DNA from: an uncultured bacterium
GTDB taxonomy: Bacteria > Eisenbacteria > RBG-16-71-46
Assembly (NCBI GenBank): GCA_964589945.1
Contig: CAZPVG010000009.1
Span: forward strand, 20,066 to 84,065
DNA length: 64,000 nt
Direction: 5' to 3'
Part shown: positions 28,769 to 38,609 of the stretch, in pieces
How positions within the stretch are numbered: position 1 is the stretch's first letter
Layout of the letters: every line of letters begins with the position of its first letter
The notes under the pieces: generated by a model
Databases searched by the model: none
What the model saw: only the letters and a program-made list of their open reading frames with translations
What the model was told of the DNA's origin: nothing
Translations under genes and position numbers: made by a program

Positions 28769-31700
28769 ATGTCGGATTCGGTGGTCTTCAATCGCCGCGA
28801 CTTCCTGAAGCTCGTGGGCGTGGGCGTGGCCGGCGCCGCGGCCGGGTGCGCGAAGCCACCGGCGGAAAAGCTGATCCCCTTCCTGCTGGCGCCCGAGGAC
28901 ATCCTCCCGGGCGTTCCGTACTTCTATTCCAGCACGTGCCGTGAGTGCCCGGCCGGCTGCGGCATCGTCGTGCGCTCACGCGAGGGCCGCGCGATCAAGG
29001 TCGAGGGCAACCCGGACCACCCGGTGAGCCGCGGATCGCTCTGCGCGCGCGGCCAGGCCGCGGTGCAGGGCCTCTACAACCCGGACCGCCTCAAGTCGCC
29101 GATGGTGAAGGAGAACGGCAAGTGGCGGGAGGCGAAGTGGTCCGAGGCGCTCGGGCTGGCGACCGCGAGGCTCTCCGACGCAAAGGGCAGGCTGCTGGTG
29201 CTCACCGGCCGCGAGACCGGGACGATGCGCACGCTGGCGGGGGAGATCGCGAAGGCCGCGAAGGGCCGTCACGTCATGTGGGAGCCGTTCGCCTACGAGG
29301 CCGTGCGCGCGGCGAACAAGCGGACCTTCGGGATCGCCGCCGTGCCCCGCTACGACCTGTCGGCGGCGCGCTGCGTGATCTCGTTCGGCGCGGACCTCTT
29401 CGAGACCTTCGGCTCGCCGGTTGCCCAGATGCGCGACTGGGCCGCCATGCGCGGCAAGCGCGACGACGCAGCGGGCTGGTTCGTGTCCGTTGAGCCGCGC
29501 CTGTCGCAGACCGGCGCGAACGCCGACGAGTGGGTCGCGATCCGCCCGGGCACCGAGGCCGCGCTGGCGCTCGGCATGGCCAACGTGCTGTTCGCCGAGA
29601 ACCTCGCCGCGAACGTGCCGGAGCGCGCCGCGCTCAAGGCGGCGGTGGACGACTGGACGCCCGAGGCCGTCGCGCAGCAGACCGACGTCGACGCCGAGTC
29701 CGTGAAGCGCCTCGCGCGGCTGTTCGTCAAGGGCGGCGCGGGCCTCGCGGTCGCCGGCGGCGTCGCGACGCAGAGCACGCAGGCCACCTCGCTCGTGGCC
29801 GCGGTCAACCTGCTCAACTACGTCGCCGGCAACGTCGGGCGCACGCTGATGTTCGACCGGCCCCTCGACTTCGACGGCGTCTCGAGCTTCGCCGAACTCA
29901 CGGACGAAGTGAAGGCCATGAACGGCGGCGCCTACGACATGGTGATCGTGCACGGCACGAATCCCTCGTACGCGATGCCGGCGTGGGCCGGCTTCGGCGA
30001 GTCGTTCTCGAAGGTGCCGTTCAAGGTCGCGCTCGCGACCTCCATGGACGAGACCGCGGACGCGTGCGACGTCGTGCTGCCGGTCGTGCACTCGATCGAG
30101 GCGTACGGCGACGACTTCGGCTCGAAGGGCGTCTATTCGCTCCAGCAGCCCGCGATGAAGCCGCTGCCGATGTTCGCGGCACGCGAGCCCGGGGACGTGC
30201 TGCTGCAGCTCGCCTCCGCCTCGGGCTTCGCCGCGAACCCGCCGGTTGCCTGGTACGACTACCTCAAGGCGCACTGGAAGCCGGTGCACGCGCGGCTCGG
30301 CAAGGGCCGCGAGTTCGACCAGTTCTGGCTGGACGCGCTGAAGGCCGGCGGCGTCTGGGAGGACGTGCCGAACCCGAACGTGCGCTGGATCGGGACGCCG
30401 AAGTTCGAGACCGCGGCGTTCTCGGGCGAGGGCGACGTGGCGCTGGTCGTGGTGCCGTCGAACAACTTCTACGACGGACGCGGCGCGAACCGCCCCTGGC
30501 TCCAGGAACTGCCCGACATGACCAGCAAGGCCGTGTGGGGCTCGTGGGCCGAGGTCCACCCGGAGACGGCGAAGCAGCTCGGCCTCGAGTCGGGCGACAC
30601 GATCCGCGTCGAGACGTCCGCGGGCGCGCTCGAGCTTCCGGTCTACCCCTACGGCGGGATCCGCGCCGACGCGGTCGCGCTGACGCTCGGCCAGGGCCAC
30701 ACGAGCTACGGCCGCTACGCGACCGACCGCGGCGTGAACGCGGTCGCGCTGCTGCCGCAGGCCACCGACGCCGCCTCGGGCGCGCTGGCCTACCTCGGCG
30801 CGAGGGCGAAGCTCTCGCACGCCGGGAAGGCGCCTCCGCTCTACATGCAGCAGGCCTACAAGGACCAGTACGGCCGCCACATCTCCCGCGTCATCCCGGT
30901 CGCGGCGCTGCTCAGCGCCGAAGGCTCGCTCGAGCACTCGGTCGGCGCGACGCACGGCGACATCGGCGAGAACCAGCCGCGCAAGTACCCGTTCCCGGGA
31001 CAGTACCCGGCGGGCGAGGGCGTGCAGGTCGAGCCGACGCCGGCGATGACCAAGAAGGGCAAGTACACCGAGCCGCTCGCCCGTCCCGAAGGCTACAAGC
31101 CGCCGGCCCACGCGATCACCGCGTTCGATCCCGAGCTGAAGGTGCGCGGACCGAGGGAGAACCCGGTGGACGTCGGCAGCTACGCGAACGCGACCCACCG
31201 CTGGGCGCTGGCGGTGGACCTCGACAGCTGCACCGGCTGTGCGGCCTGCGTCGTCGCCTGCTACGCGGAGAACAACATCCCGGTCGTGGGTCCCGAGCTG
31301 GTCAAGAAGGGCCGCGAGATGGCCTGGCTGCGCATCGACCGCTTCGAGCAGAGGCTGGAGCCGGGCGCCGCGGACATCCGCTTCATCCCGATGATGTGCC
31401 AGCACTGCGGCGACGCGCCGTGCGAGATGGTGTGCCCGGTCTACGCGACCTACCACACGCCCGAGGGCCTGAACGGGCAGGTCTACAACCGCTGCGTCGG
31501 CACGAAGTACTGCTCGAACAACTGCCCGTACAAGGTGCGCGTCTTCAACTGGTTCGACTACTCGGCGCCCGAGAAGGTGACCTTCGCCTTCCCCGAGCCC
31601 CTGAACTGGCAGCTGAACCCGGACGTCACCGTGCGCTCCAAGGGCGTGATGGAGAAGTGCACGATGTGCATCCAGCGCATCCTCGAGGGCAAGGGCAACG

Positions 31701-31930
31701 CGAAGGACGAGAACCGTCCGGTGCGTGACGGCGAAATCCAGACCGCCTGCGCGCAGACGTGCCCCGCGCGCGCGATCACGTTCGGCGACCTCGCGGACGA
31801 GACGACGGCCGTCTGGAAGGCCAGTCACGACCGGCGCCAGTACTGGGTATTCGAGGAACTGAACACGAAGCCCGGCGTCACCTACCTGCAGAAGGTCAAG
31901 CGGGACACGATGAGCGGGGGACAGGCGTGA
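28769..31930 (+). CDS. actB: Alternative Complex III subunit ActB (molybdopterin-oxidoreductase-like domain fused to a 4Fe-4S ferredoxin domain)
   Basis: Twin-arginine signal RRDFLKLVGVGVAGAAAG, a ~700-aa MopB-like domain, and C-terminal multiple CxxCxxCxxxCP clusters. 1053 aa. Confidence 0.9.
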   Translation: MSDSVVFNRRDFLKLVGVGVAGAAAGCAKPPAEKLIPFLLAPEDILPGVPYFYSSTCRECPAGCGIVVRSREGRAIKVEGNPDHPVSRGSLCARGQAAVQGLYNPDRLKSPMVKENGKWREAKWSEALGLATARLSDAKGRLLVLTGRETGTMRTLAGEIAKAAKGRHVMWEPFAYEAVRAANKRTFGIAAVPRYDLSAARCVISFGADLFETFGSPVAQMRDWAAMRGKRDDAAGWFVSVEPRLSQTGANADEWVAIRPGTEAALALGMANVLFAENLAANVPERAALKAAVDDWTPEAVAQQTDVDAESVKRLARLFVKGGAGLAVAGGVATQSTQATSLVAAVNLLNYVAGNVGRTLMFDRPLDFDGVSSFAELTDEVKAMNGGAYDMVIVHGTNPSYAMPAWAGFGESFSKVPFKVALATSMDETADACDVVLPVVHSIEAYGDDFGSKGVYSLQQPAMKPLPMFAAREPGDVLLQLASASGFAANPPVAWYDYLKAHWKPVHARLGKGREFDQFWLDALKAGGVWEDVPNPNVRWIGTPKFETAAFSGEGDVALVVVPSNNFYDGRGANRPWLQELPDMTSKAVWGSWAEVHPETAKQLGLESGDTIRVETSAGALELPVYPYGGIRADAVALTLGQGHTSYGRYATDRGVNAVALLPQATDAASGALAYLGARAKLSHAGKAPPLYMQQAYKDQYGRHISRVIPVAALLSAEGSLEHSVGATHGDIGENQPRKYPFPGQYPAGEGVQVEPTPAMTKKGKYTEPLARPEGYKPPAHAITAFDPELKVRGPRENPVDVGSYANATHRWALAVDLDSCTGCAACVVACYAENNIPVVGPELVKKGREMAWLRIDRFEQRLEPGAADIRFIPMMCQHCGDAPCEMVCPVYATYHTPEGLNGQVYNRCVGTKYCSNNCPYKVRVFNWFDYSAPEKVTFAFPEPLNWQLNPDVTVRSKGVMEKCTMCIQRILEGKGNAKDENRPVRDGEIQTACAQTCPARAITFGDLADETTAVWKASHDRRQYWVFEELNTKPGVTYLQKVKRDTMSGGQA

Positions 31931-33306
31931 CGACGACGACGCTACGCAACGTCGCGGTGGACGGCGTGAACGACGTGGAGGACCGTCCGATCACGCAAAA
32001 GTCGCTCAACGACGACGTCCTCCGCATGATCAGCCTTCCGGGAAAGGTCTGGATCACGCTGTTCGTCCTGGACCTGATGGTGCTCGCCTGCGGGCTCGCC
32101 GCCGTGCGCAACATGATCGTGCTGGACTGGGGCGTCTCGGGCATGACGCGGCCGATCATGTGGGCGGTGGACATCACGAACTTCGTCTTCTGGGTCGGCA
32201 TCGCCCACTGCGGCACGCTCGTCTCGGCGGTGCTGTTCCTCTTCCGGTCGCACTTCCGTCGTGCGGTCTACCGGACGTCGGAGGCCATGACGGTCTTCGG
32301 CGTGCTCACGGCGGCGTTGTTCCCGGCCATCCACACCGGCCGGCCGTGGTTCGACTACTGGCTCTTCCCGTACCCGAACCAGCGCCAGATCTGGACGAAC
32401 ATCCGCTCGCCACTCCAGTGGGACGTGTTCGCCGTCAACACCTACCTCACGATCTCGACCATCTTCTTCCTGGTCGGCCTCATCCCCGACGTCGCCGCCG
32501 CGCGCGACCGCGCGAAGCACCCGGTGATGCGCCTGATCTACACGATCATGTCGTTCGGCTGGACGGGCGCGAACTACCAGTGGAAGCACTACTACGGCGC
32601 CTACCTGTTCTTCGCCGCGCTGGCGACGCCGCTCGTCTTCTCGGTCCACTCGGTCGTCTCGTGGGACTTCGCGATGGCCCAGGTGCCCGGCTGGCACTCG
32701 TCGCTCTTCGCGCCCTACTTCGTGGCCGGCGCGATCTTCTCGGGCGTCGCGATGGTGATCTTCCTGCTCATCATCATCCGCAAGGGTTACAACCTGCAGC
32801 ACATCGTCACGATCGACCACATGGAGAAGCTCGCGAAGCTGGTGCTGCTGACCTCGACGATGGTCGGTTACTCGTACCTGACCGAGTTCTTCATGGCCTG
32901 GATCGGCCCGAGCAAGGTCGAGCGCGACGTGTTCTGGTTCCGCGCGGTCGGCCACTACTGGTGGGCGTTCTGGATCATGTTCAGCTGCAACGTGATCTTC
33001 CCGCTCCTGCTTTGGTTCAAGGGGGTGCGGCGGAACATGAAGGCCCTGTTCGTGATCGCGATCCTGGTCAACGTGGGCATGTGGTTCGAGCGCTTCACGA
33101 TCATCGTCACGTCGCTCACGCGCGCCTTCAACCCGGCCAACTGGTTCTACTACCGGGTCTCGCTCACCGAGCTCGCACTCATCGCCGGCTCGTTCGCCTG
33201 GTTCTTCATGTTCTTCCTGATCTTCGTGCGCGTCCTGCCCGCCTTCTCGATCGCCGAGATCAAGGAGACGCTGGCGATGCCCCGCCGCCGGGGAGGAGCC
33301 CACTGA
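31927..33306 (+). CDS. actC: Alternative Complex III subunit ActC (NrfD/PsrC-like quinol-interacting membrane subunit)
   Basis: GTG overlaps the actB stop. ~10 TM helices, NrfD-like. Confidence 0.8.
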   Translation: MTTTTLRNVAVDGVNDVEDRPITQKSLNDDVLRMISLPGKVWITLFVLDLMVLACGLAAVRNMIVLDWGVSGMTRPIMWAVDITNFVFWVGIAHCGTLVSAVLFLFRSHFRRAVYRTSEAMTVFGVLTAALFPAIHTGRPWFDYWLFPYPNQRQIWTNIRSPLQWDVFAVNTYLTISTIFFLVGLIPDVAAARDRAKHPVMRLIYTIMSFGWTGANYQWKHYYGAYLFFAALATPLVFSVHSVVSWDFAMAQVPGWHSSLFAPYFVAGAIFSGVAMVIFLLIIIRKGYNLQHIVTIDHMEKLAKLVLLTSTMVGYSYLTEFFMAWIGPSKVERDVFWFRAVGHYWWAFWIMFSCNVIFPLLLWFKGVRRNMKALFVIAILVNVGMWFERFTIIVTSLTRAFNPANWFYYRVSLTELALIAGSFAWFFMFFLIFVRVLPAFSIAEIKETLAMPRRRGGAH

Positions 33307-33854
33307 TGTTCGGCCGCATGCTGGAGGGCATCCTGAATCCCGTGTCGCCGAAGTTCAACGGCGTCATGGGGATCTACTACTACGTGGACGACGCGGCGGA
33401 GGCGGTGAGGGCGCTGCGGCAGGCCGGGCACCGCAACCTGAACGTCTTCTCGCCCGTGCCGTACCACGAGATCGAGCACGAGCTCGAGCACGGGCCCTCG
33501 ATCGTGCGCTGGGTGACGGCGGTCGGCGGCATCCTGGGGGTGAGCGGCGGCTTCGGGCTGTGCTTCTACTCGATCTGGGCGTGGCCGCTCGTCATCGGCG
33601 GCAAGGAGCTCTACGACCTCCCGCCCATGACCGTGATCGCCTATGAGTCCATGATCCTGATCGCGGGCCTGTCGAACCTGCTTGGAATGCTCGCGCTGGC
33701 ACGTCTGCCGCAGGTGAAGCAGGTGGCGCCGTACGACCCGCGTTTCCAGGAGGACCGCATCGGCGTCTGGGTGCCGTGCGAGGGCCAGGCGGCCGCACGC
33801 GTCGAGCAGATGATGAAGGGAAGCGGGGCCGAGGAGGTGCAGCTCCATGCCTAG
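33306..33854 (+). CDS. actD: Alternative Complex III subunit ActD
   Basis: 182-aa protein with two TM helices. ATG overlaps the actC stop (TGATG). Position and size match ActD. Confidence 0.65.
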   Translation: MFGRMLEGILNPVSPKFNGVMGIYYYVDDAAEAVRALRQAGHRNLNVFSPVPYHEIEHELEHGPSIVRWVTAVGGILGVSGGFGLCFYSIWAWPLVIGGKELYDLPPMTVIAYESMILIAGLSNLLGMLALARLPQVKQVAPYDPRFQEDRIGVWVPCEGQAAARVEQMMKGSGAEEVQLHA

Positions 33855-34413
33855 GACCCTGCTGCTGCTGGGCGTGATCGCGCTGTGGTCGGTGTCCTTC
33901 CAGCAGGGCTGCAAGGACCTCAAGAGCTCGCTGACGCACTGGCGCTACTACCCGATCCGCGACATGCGGCAGACCGTCGTGATCGACCCGCAGCGCTACG
34001 ACCCCACGCACCCGCAGTGGCTGACCTTCCGCGGTCCCGACTCGCTGGCGGTGCCGTCCATCGACGTGGACCGGCACATCGGCGAGGCGCCCTACGAGGA
34101 GACGGCGGGCCTGATCCACGACCCGGGCGTGTCGACCCCGGCGTCGATCGTCCGCGGCGACACCCTTTTCCACACGATCTGCACGCCGTGCCACGGCATG
34201 ACGATGAAGGGCGACGGCACCGTCGCGCCGTTCTTCATGCCCCCGCCCGACCTGCTCGCCGAGCAGACGCGCAAGCGGAGTGACGGCTTCATCTTCAGCT
34301 ACGTGCGCCACGGCGGCGTCGTGATGCCGTCGTACGGGAACGCGCTCTCGGCGCACGACGCATGGGACGTGATCCACTACCTCCGCCACATGCAGAAGGT
34401 CAATCCGCGATGA
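33847..34413 (+). CDS. actE: Alternative Complex III subunit ActE, monohaem cytochrome c
   Basis: Signal peptide with a Cys (QQGC, possible lipobox) and a single CTPCH haem motif. Overlaps actD by 8 nt. Confidence 0.8.
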   Translation: MPRTLLLLGVIALWSVSFQQGCKDLKSSLTHWRYYPIRDMRQTVVIDPQRYDPTHPQWLTFRGPDSLAVPSIDVDRHIGEAPYEETAGLIHDPGVSTPASIVRGDTLFHTICTPCHGMTMKGDGTVAPFFMPPPDLLAEQTRKRSDGFIFSYVRHGGVVMPSYGNALSAHDAWDVIHYLRHMQKVNPR

Positions 34414-35666
34414 ACCGAGAGGCCGTACTCCGCGACATCGCCGGCAAGCTGCCGGTGAAGCCGAACGCACGCAAGCGCCAGATCTGGATCGCCTGCCTGC
34501 TCGTCGGCGTCGCGTCGTTCGCGTTCCTGCTGGTGACGAACCCGCTTCGCGCCTGGGGCTCGTGGACGGTCAACACGCTCTACTTCCTCGGCATCGCCGA
34601 GGGCGCGCTCGCGTTCGCGGCGGCCTACCGGCTCGCGAACGGCAAGTGGGGCGGCCCGATCGTGCGCATCGCCGAGTCGTTCTCGGCCTACCTGCCGATC
34701 GGCATCGCGACGCTCGTCGTCCTGCTCGTGGCCGGGATCTGGAAGTACCTCTCGTGGACCCAGGCGGTCGAGCCGCGCATCCAGCCGTTCCTGAACGTGC
34801 CGTTCCTCTACGTGCGCACGCTGGGCGGCGCGCTGCTCTTCTGGTGGCTCGCGCGCAAGATGGTGCGCACCTCGCTGCGGCCCGACCTGCAGGCGCTCAA
34901 GCCGCACGTCTCGCCCGAGCTGAAGCCGGAGTACGAGAAGCTCACCGCGAACTGGAAGGGCGACGAGGCCGAGCGCGACTGGAACCGCCACGAGCTCGCG
35001 CACCTCTCGCCGCAGGTCGCGCTGGCGTTCGCGGTCTTCTTCACCGTGCTCGCGTGGGACTTCATCATGCTGCTGACGCCGAACTGGGTGACGGGCCTGT
35101 TCGGCTGGTTCGTCTGGGCCGGCGCGTTCATCTGCGGCGTCGCGGCGACGGCGCTCATGGCCACGCAGCTGCGCTCGAAATACCGGCTCGAGGCCTACAT
35201 CCGCACGAACATGTTCTGGGACATCGGCAAGGTCCTGTTCGCCTGGTGCATCTTCTGGGGCTACCTGTTCTGGTCGCAGTACCTGCCGATCTGGTACGCG
35301 AACATGCCCGAGGAGACGTGGTGGGTCTTCCTGCGCTTCGAGGAGCCGTGGCGCACGTTCTCGTTCGCGGCGTTCACGCTCATCTTCGTGATCCCGCTCG
35401 TCGGCCTGCTCAACAAGACCTCGAAGACGAACCCGATCCTGCTGCTCTCGTTCTCGCTCATCGTCCTCGCCGGCGTCTGGATCGAGCGGCACGTGCTCGT
35501 GATGCCGTCGCTGAACGCCGAGCACGCGTGGATCGGCCTGCCCGAGGTCGGCGTGACGATCGGGTTCCTCGGGCTGTTCGGCTGGGCGGTGCAGGGCTTC
35601 CTGACCAAGTTCCCCGCCGTGAACGTCATGGACGTCTTATCCGGCGCGCACGGGCCCGAGCACTAG
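34410..35666 (+). CDS. actF: Alternative Complex III subunit ActF (second NrfD-like membrane subunit)
   Basis: ATGA overlap with the actE stop. Polytopic membrane protein homologous in topology to ActC. Confidence 0.8.
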   Translation: MNREAVLRDIAGKLPVKPNARKRQIWIACLLVGVASFAFLLVTNPLRAWGSWTVNTLYFLGIAEGALAFAAAYRLANGKWGGPIVRIAESFSAYLPIGIATLVVLLVAGIWKYLSWTQAVEPRIQPFLNVPFLYVRTLGGALLFWWLARKMVRTSLRPDLQALKPHVSPELKPEYEKLTANWKGDEAERDWNRHELAHLSPQVALAFAVFFTVLAWDFIMLLTPNWVTGLFGWFVWAGAFICGVAATALMATQLRSKYRLEAYIRTNMFWDIGKVLFAWCIFWGYLFWSQYLPIWYANMPEETWWVFLRFEEPWRTFSFAAFTLIFVIPLVGLLNKTSKTNPILLLSFSLIVLAGVWIERHVLVMPSLNAEHAWIGLPEVGVTIGFLGLFGWAVQGFLTKFPAVNVMDVLSGAHGPEH

Positions 35667-35684
35667 CGAGCGTTCACGCACCTT

Positions 35685-35726
35685 CGCGCCCGGGTCCGTT
35701 CGATGGACCCGGGCGCGCGTGTTTTC
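35685..35726 (+). terminator. Rho-independent terminator after actF
   Basis: 13-bp stem CGCGCCCGGGTCC / GGACCCGGGCGCG with a 7-nt loop, followed by GTGTTTT, 19 nt downstream of the actF stop. Confidence 0.7.
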
Positions 35727-35763
35727 CGCCGGCGGGCCGCGGCGCGGCGCCGGCACGGTTGGC

Positions 35764-35850
35764 GCCGGGATGGCGAAACTGGCAGACGCAGCGGACTTAA
35801 AATCCGCTGGGCTTCGGCCCGTGCAGGTTCGATCCCTGCTCCCGGCACCA
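35764..35850 (+). tRNA. tRNA-Leu (anticodon TAA), 87 nt with long variable arm, CCA encoded
   Basis: Acceptor stem GCCGGGA/TCCCGGC, anticodon loop CTTAAAA, extended variable arm GGGCTTCGGCCCG, T-arm GGTTCGATCC, 3' ACCA. Confidence 0.85.
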
Positions 35851-35893
35851 ATCGCGCGCGTTCACGATGCGCGTGGAGGGACCCGCTGCAGGC

Positions 35894-37828
35894 CTAGCGG
35901 AGCCAGACGAGCCGCCGCGACTGCGATTCGCCCGCGCGCGTGAAGCGCACCCAGTACAGCCCGGGCTGTGCACGGCCATTGTCGGACTGGCCGCGCCAGC
36001 GCAGCGTGCCGGTCGCGGGGCCGAGCGCCGCGCCCCAGATCCGACGGCCCGAGAGGTCCAGGACTTCGACTCGTCCGGCGGATCCCACCGAAGGCGGCAC
36101 GAACTCGACGCTGCCCTGCGCGATGGTCGGGCGAACGGAGAAGGAGAGTCGTGGAGTGGTCGTCGCAACGGCAGTCGTGTTCGGGCACGATTCCGGCAGC
36201 GCGCCAATGAGGCCGTAGAGGCCGCCCGCGCCGCACGGGGAGCCCTGTTGCAGGCCCAGGTCGCCCGACGCGAGGTCGCAGAGCCTCGGATCCACCGTGA
36301 GGTTGCTGTCGAGGGACGACCACGCGCCAACGAACGGCGCGACGTAATTGTCCCAGGCATCGTTGAAGGCGAACGACCCCGGGGACTGCGTCGGAAACGC
36401 GCCTCCATACCGGGCGTTCAGGACCGAGAGGTTCCGCTGGACGACCACCGGCGATCCGGTTGGCGGGTTCGGAGACTCGACGCGCAGGCCGTCGCCACCG
36501 TTCAGCACGCAGGTATTGGACGCCAGCGAGTCGGGCATATCCGGCGGTGGATACGACCCCGGTTGCAGCACGATGCCATCACCGCTGTTGGCCCATGCGA
36601 CATTACCGACGACCGAAACCCCGGTGGCGTCCAGCCGGAAGCCCGCGCCGCCGTTGTGGTCGCTCTGGCAGTCCCAGACCGTCGATGTGAACCACGGGGG
36701 ATCCGATGCCGTCGTCGTCTCGGCGATGAGGCGGATGCCATCACCCGCAACATGGGTGACACGCGAGTGAACAAGTCTGAGGGCACTGTACTGGTTCCTG
36801 AGGCGAATTACGATGCCGTCAGCTTCCGCACCATCGACCAACAGGTTCGTCAGATAATGGCCTGGGAAGTGCGCCCAATCCGGCGCAATGGTGAGGGCGT
36901 CCCCGGTTGAGGAAAGTACGGTGTCTGCAACGAGTCCAAGGACTGGAGCATAGGAAGCTGGACATGGCAGCCAGCGAATGGCGCTTCCACAACGCTCGAA
37001 GCGGGAGTTCGAAACGAAGAGTTGCGTGTCGTGGATGGTGGTGGTGTCGCATTCTGCGTTCGACTGCTCGAGCCAGATCGCGTTGCCAGCGATATCTTGC
37101 ACTACACAGGACTCGAGATCGGTGACTCCGTTGCAGACGACCCCGTTCGACGCAGTCTTGAAGTGACAGTTGCTGAAGATGACCGCATCGGGGGTGCTTC
37201 CCCGAGCGAGCACGAGCGTATCTGCGGGTCCTTCAAAAGAGCAGTTCTCAAAGGAGACGGGCCCCGTGGCGCAGGTGGAAGCGTGCAGCGGCGCGCTGTG
37301 AAAATGCAGCCCGTCGAAGCGGAGAAGATTGCTGCTATCGTAGCACTCTAACCAGGTCCGGCCGCAGAAGTCGCAGTTGTGAAAGTTCGGTCCCCCGGGC
37401 GCAGCCACGGAGTTCACCCGGCCCAGAAAGACGCAACTGCGAAACTCGACGGCGATTCCGTCCAGGCTAACCCCCTTTGCATAGGTCAGGCCCACGACGT
37501 GCCAGCTACTCGAAGATAACCGGGGCGCGTCAATGCTGCTTGCCGTCGTTACCGCTGGCCCACCCGACCCCACGATGACGACAGTGGGAATAGCGAAGGA
37601 GAAGCGGAGTGTGTCCGGGTACTCCCCGGGGCTTACGAGGATTGAATCCCGCGGCGAAACGACGAGTTGGTCGATCGCCGGCTGAATGTTTGTGAAATCG
37701 CCGCCGCCGTTGATGTCGACGAGATAGTGCGAGGCGCGCGCCGTCGAGGGCGTGAGCAAGGCCGCGAGGCAGCCCGCGATGATCAGCGCGAGAGGCGCGC
37801 GGGAGAGTCGCGCGAGGGGAGCGTGCAT
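35894..37828 (-). CDS. Secreted right-handed parallel beta-helix (pectate-lyase/NosD-like) protein with a T9SS C-terminal sorting domain
   Basis: Start trimmed to M at 37828 (GGAGGA ribosome-binding site, signal peptide MHAPLARLSRAPLALIIAGCLAALL). Many Asn/Cys/Gly-rich beta-helix repeats. C-terminal ~80 aa (…VEVLDLSGRRIW…GLYWVRF…RLVWLR) match the Por_Secre_tail pattern. Confidence 0.7.
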   Translation of the reverse strand: MHAPLARLSRAPLALIIAGCLAALLTPSTARASHYLVDINGGGDFTNIQPAIDQLVVSPRDSILVSPGEYPDTLRFSFAIPTVVIVGSGGPAVTTASSIDAPRLSSSSWHVVGLTYAKGVSLDGIAVEFRSCVFLGRVNSVAAPGGPNFHNCDFCGRTWLECYDSSNLLRFDGLHFHSAPLHASTCATGPVSFENCSFEGPADTLVLARGSTPDAVIFSNCHFKTASNGVVCNGVTDLESCVVQDIAGNAIWLEQSNAECDTTTIHDTQLFVSNSRFERCGSAIRWLPCPASYAPVLGLVADTVLSSTGDALTIAPDWAHFPGHYLTNLLVDGAEADGIVIRLRNQYSALRLVHSRVTHVAGDGIRLIAETTTASDPPWFTSTVWDCQSDHNGGAGFRLDATGVSVVGNVAWANSGDGIVLQPGSYPPPDMPDSLASNTCVLNGGDGLRVESPNPPTGSPVVVQRNLSVLNARYGGAFPTQSPGSFAFNDAWDNYVAPFVGAWSSLDSNLTVDPRLCDLASGDLGLQQGSPCGAGGLYGLIGALPESCPNTTAVATTTPRLSFSVRPTIAQGSVEFVPPSVGSAGRVEVLDLSGRRIWGAALGPATGTLRWRGQSDNGRAQPGLYWVRFTRAGESQSRRLVWLR

Positions 37829-38554
37829 GGCTGTTCCTCCGACCGACGGCCGCATCCATGCTTCGTAGGGTGACCTTGGTGGGAATGCTAGCACCCGTGA
37901 GCCGTAGCGCCGAGACGTTGCCTCCGACGATCTCGCGGTTGGTACCCCTCGCCAGGACTGCACGGACTCAACTAGGTGTCCGGGTGAGGGGCGGGGACGT
38001 CTTGGGTGGGTTCGGGGTGTTGCGGGTGTTGCGGCTGTTTCGGGCTCCAAGGAGGGGCGCCTCGACGTGCCCGCCATTGCGCGAGGACATGTTCCTTGTC
38101 CAAGGATGCAGGCGCCTCCGAGTGATCGAACGTCACACGGGCGGGTGCAGTTGTCCCGCAGTTGGCGCTCGGCGCTGGACGCTGGTCTAGAGCGCCAAGG
38201 ATGCCTTCTGCTGGCCTCGTGAGAGCTGTCTTGATTCAACACTCACGCAGGATGCGGGGACGTGCCACGGGGCTGCCGTGCATAGCCAGCTTTGGGGGAG
38301 ACGACGCCGCCGACCTGGTCCCGCGTATGTGAGCGGGTCCCCGGTCGAGACATGAGCAGCCCACCGCGCCCGTCTCCATACCCCCCGGGTTGCGCTGTGC
38401 TAGTTCTGTGTCAGAACCATCCGGAGCGACCGGTGGCTGTGTGTTCGAATCAGTCACTACGCCTCTGGGGCGCCACGCATCGCAGCCGCCAATGATGCCC
38501 GTTCGGACGCGTTCGGCACCGATGCTTCCGACCGCGCCAATTGCGGTGCTAGCC

Positions 38555-38609
38555 CTTAAGACCCGCTGGGCGAAAGCCCGTGCAGGTTCGATCCCTGCTC
38601 CCGGCACCA
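38555..38609 (+). repeat. 3' fragment of tRNA-Leu (direct repeat; last 30 nt identical to 35821-35850), att-like scar
   Basis: GTGCAGGTTCGATCCCTGCTCCCGGCACCA is identical. The upstream 25 nt are diverged. No 5' acceptor or D-arm, so it is not a functional tRNA. Confidence 0.7.

Noticed and set aside
37858-38190. 110-aa plus-strand ORF inside the tRNA-bracketed non-coding stretch
   Set aside because: Arg/Gly/Val-rich repetitive translation (VLRVLRLFRAPRRG), no ribosome-binding site and no recognisable domain. Most likely non-coding.
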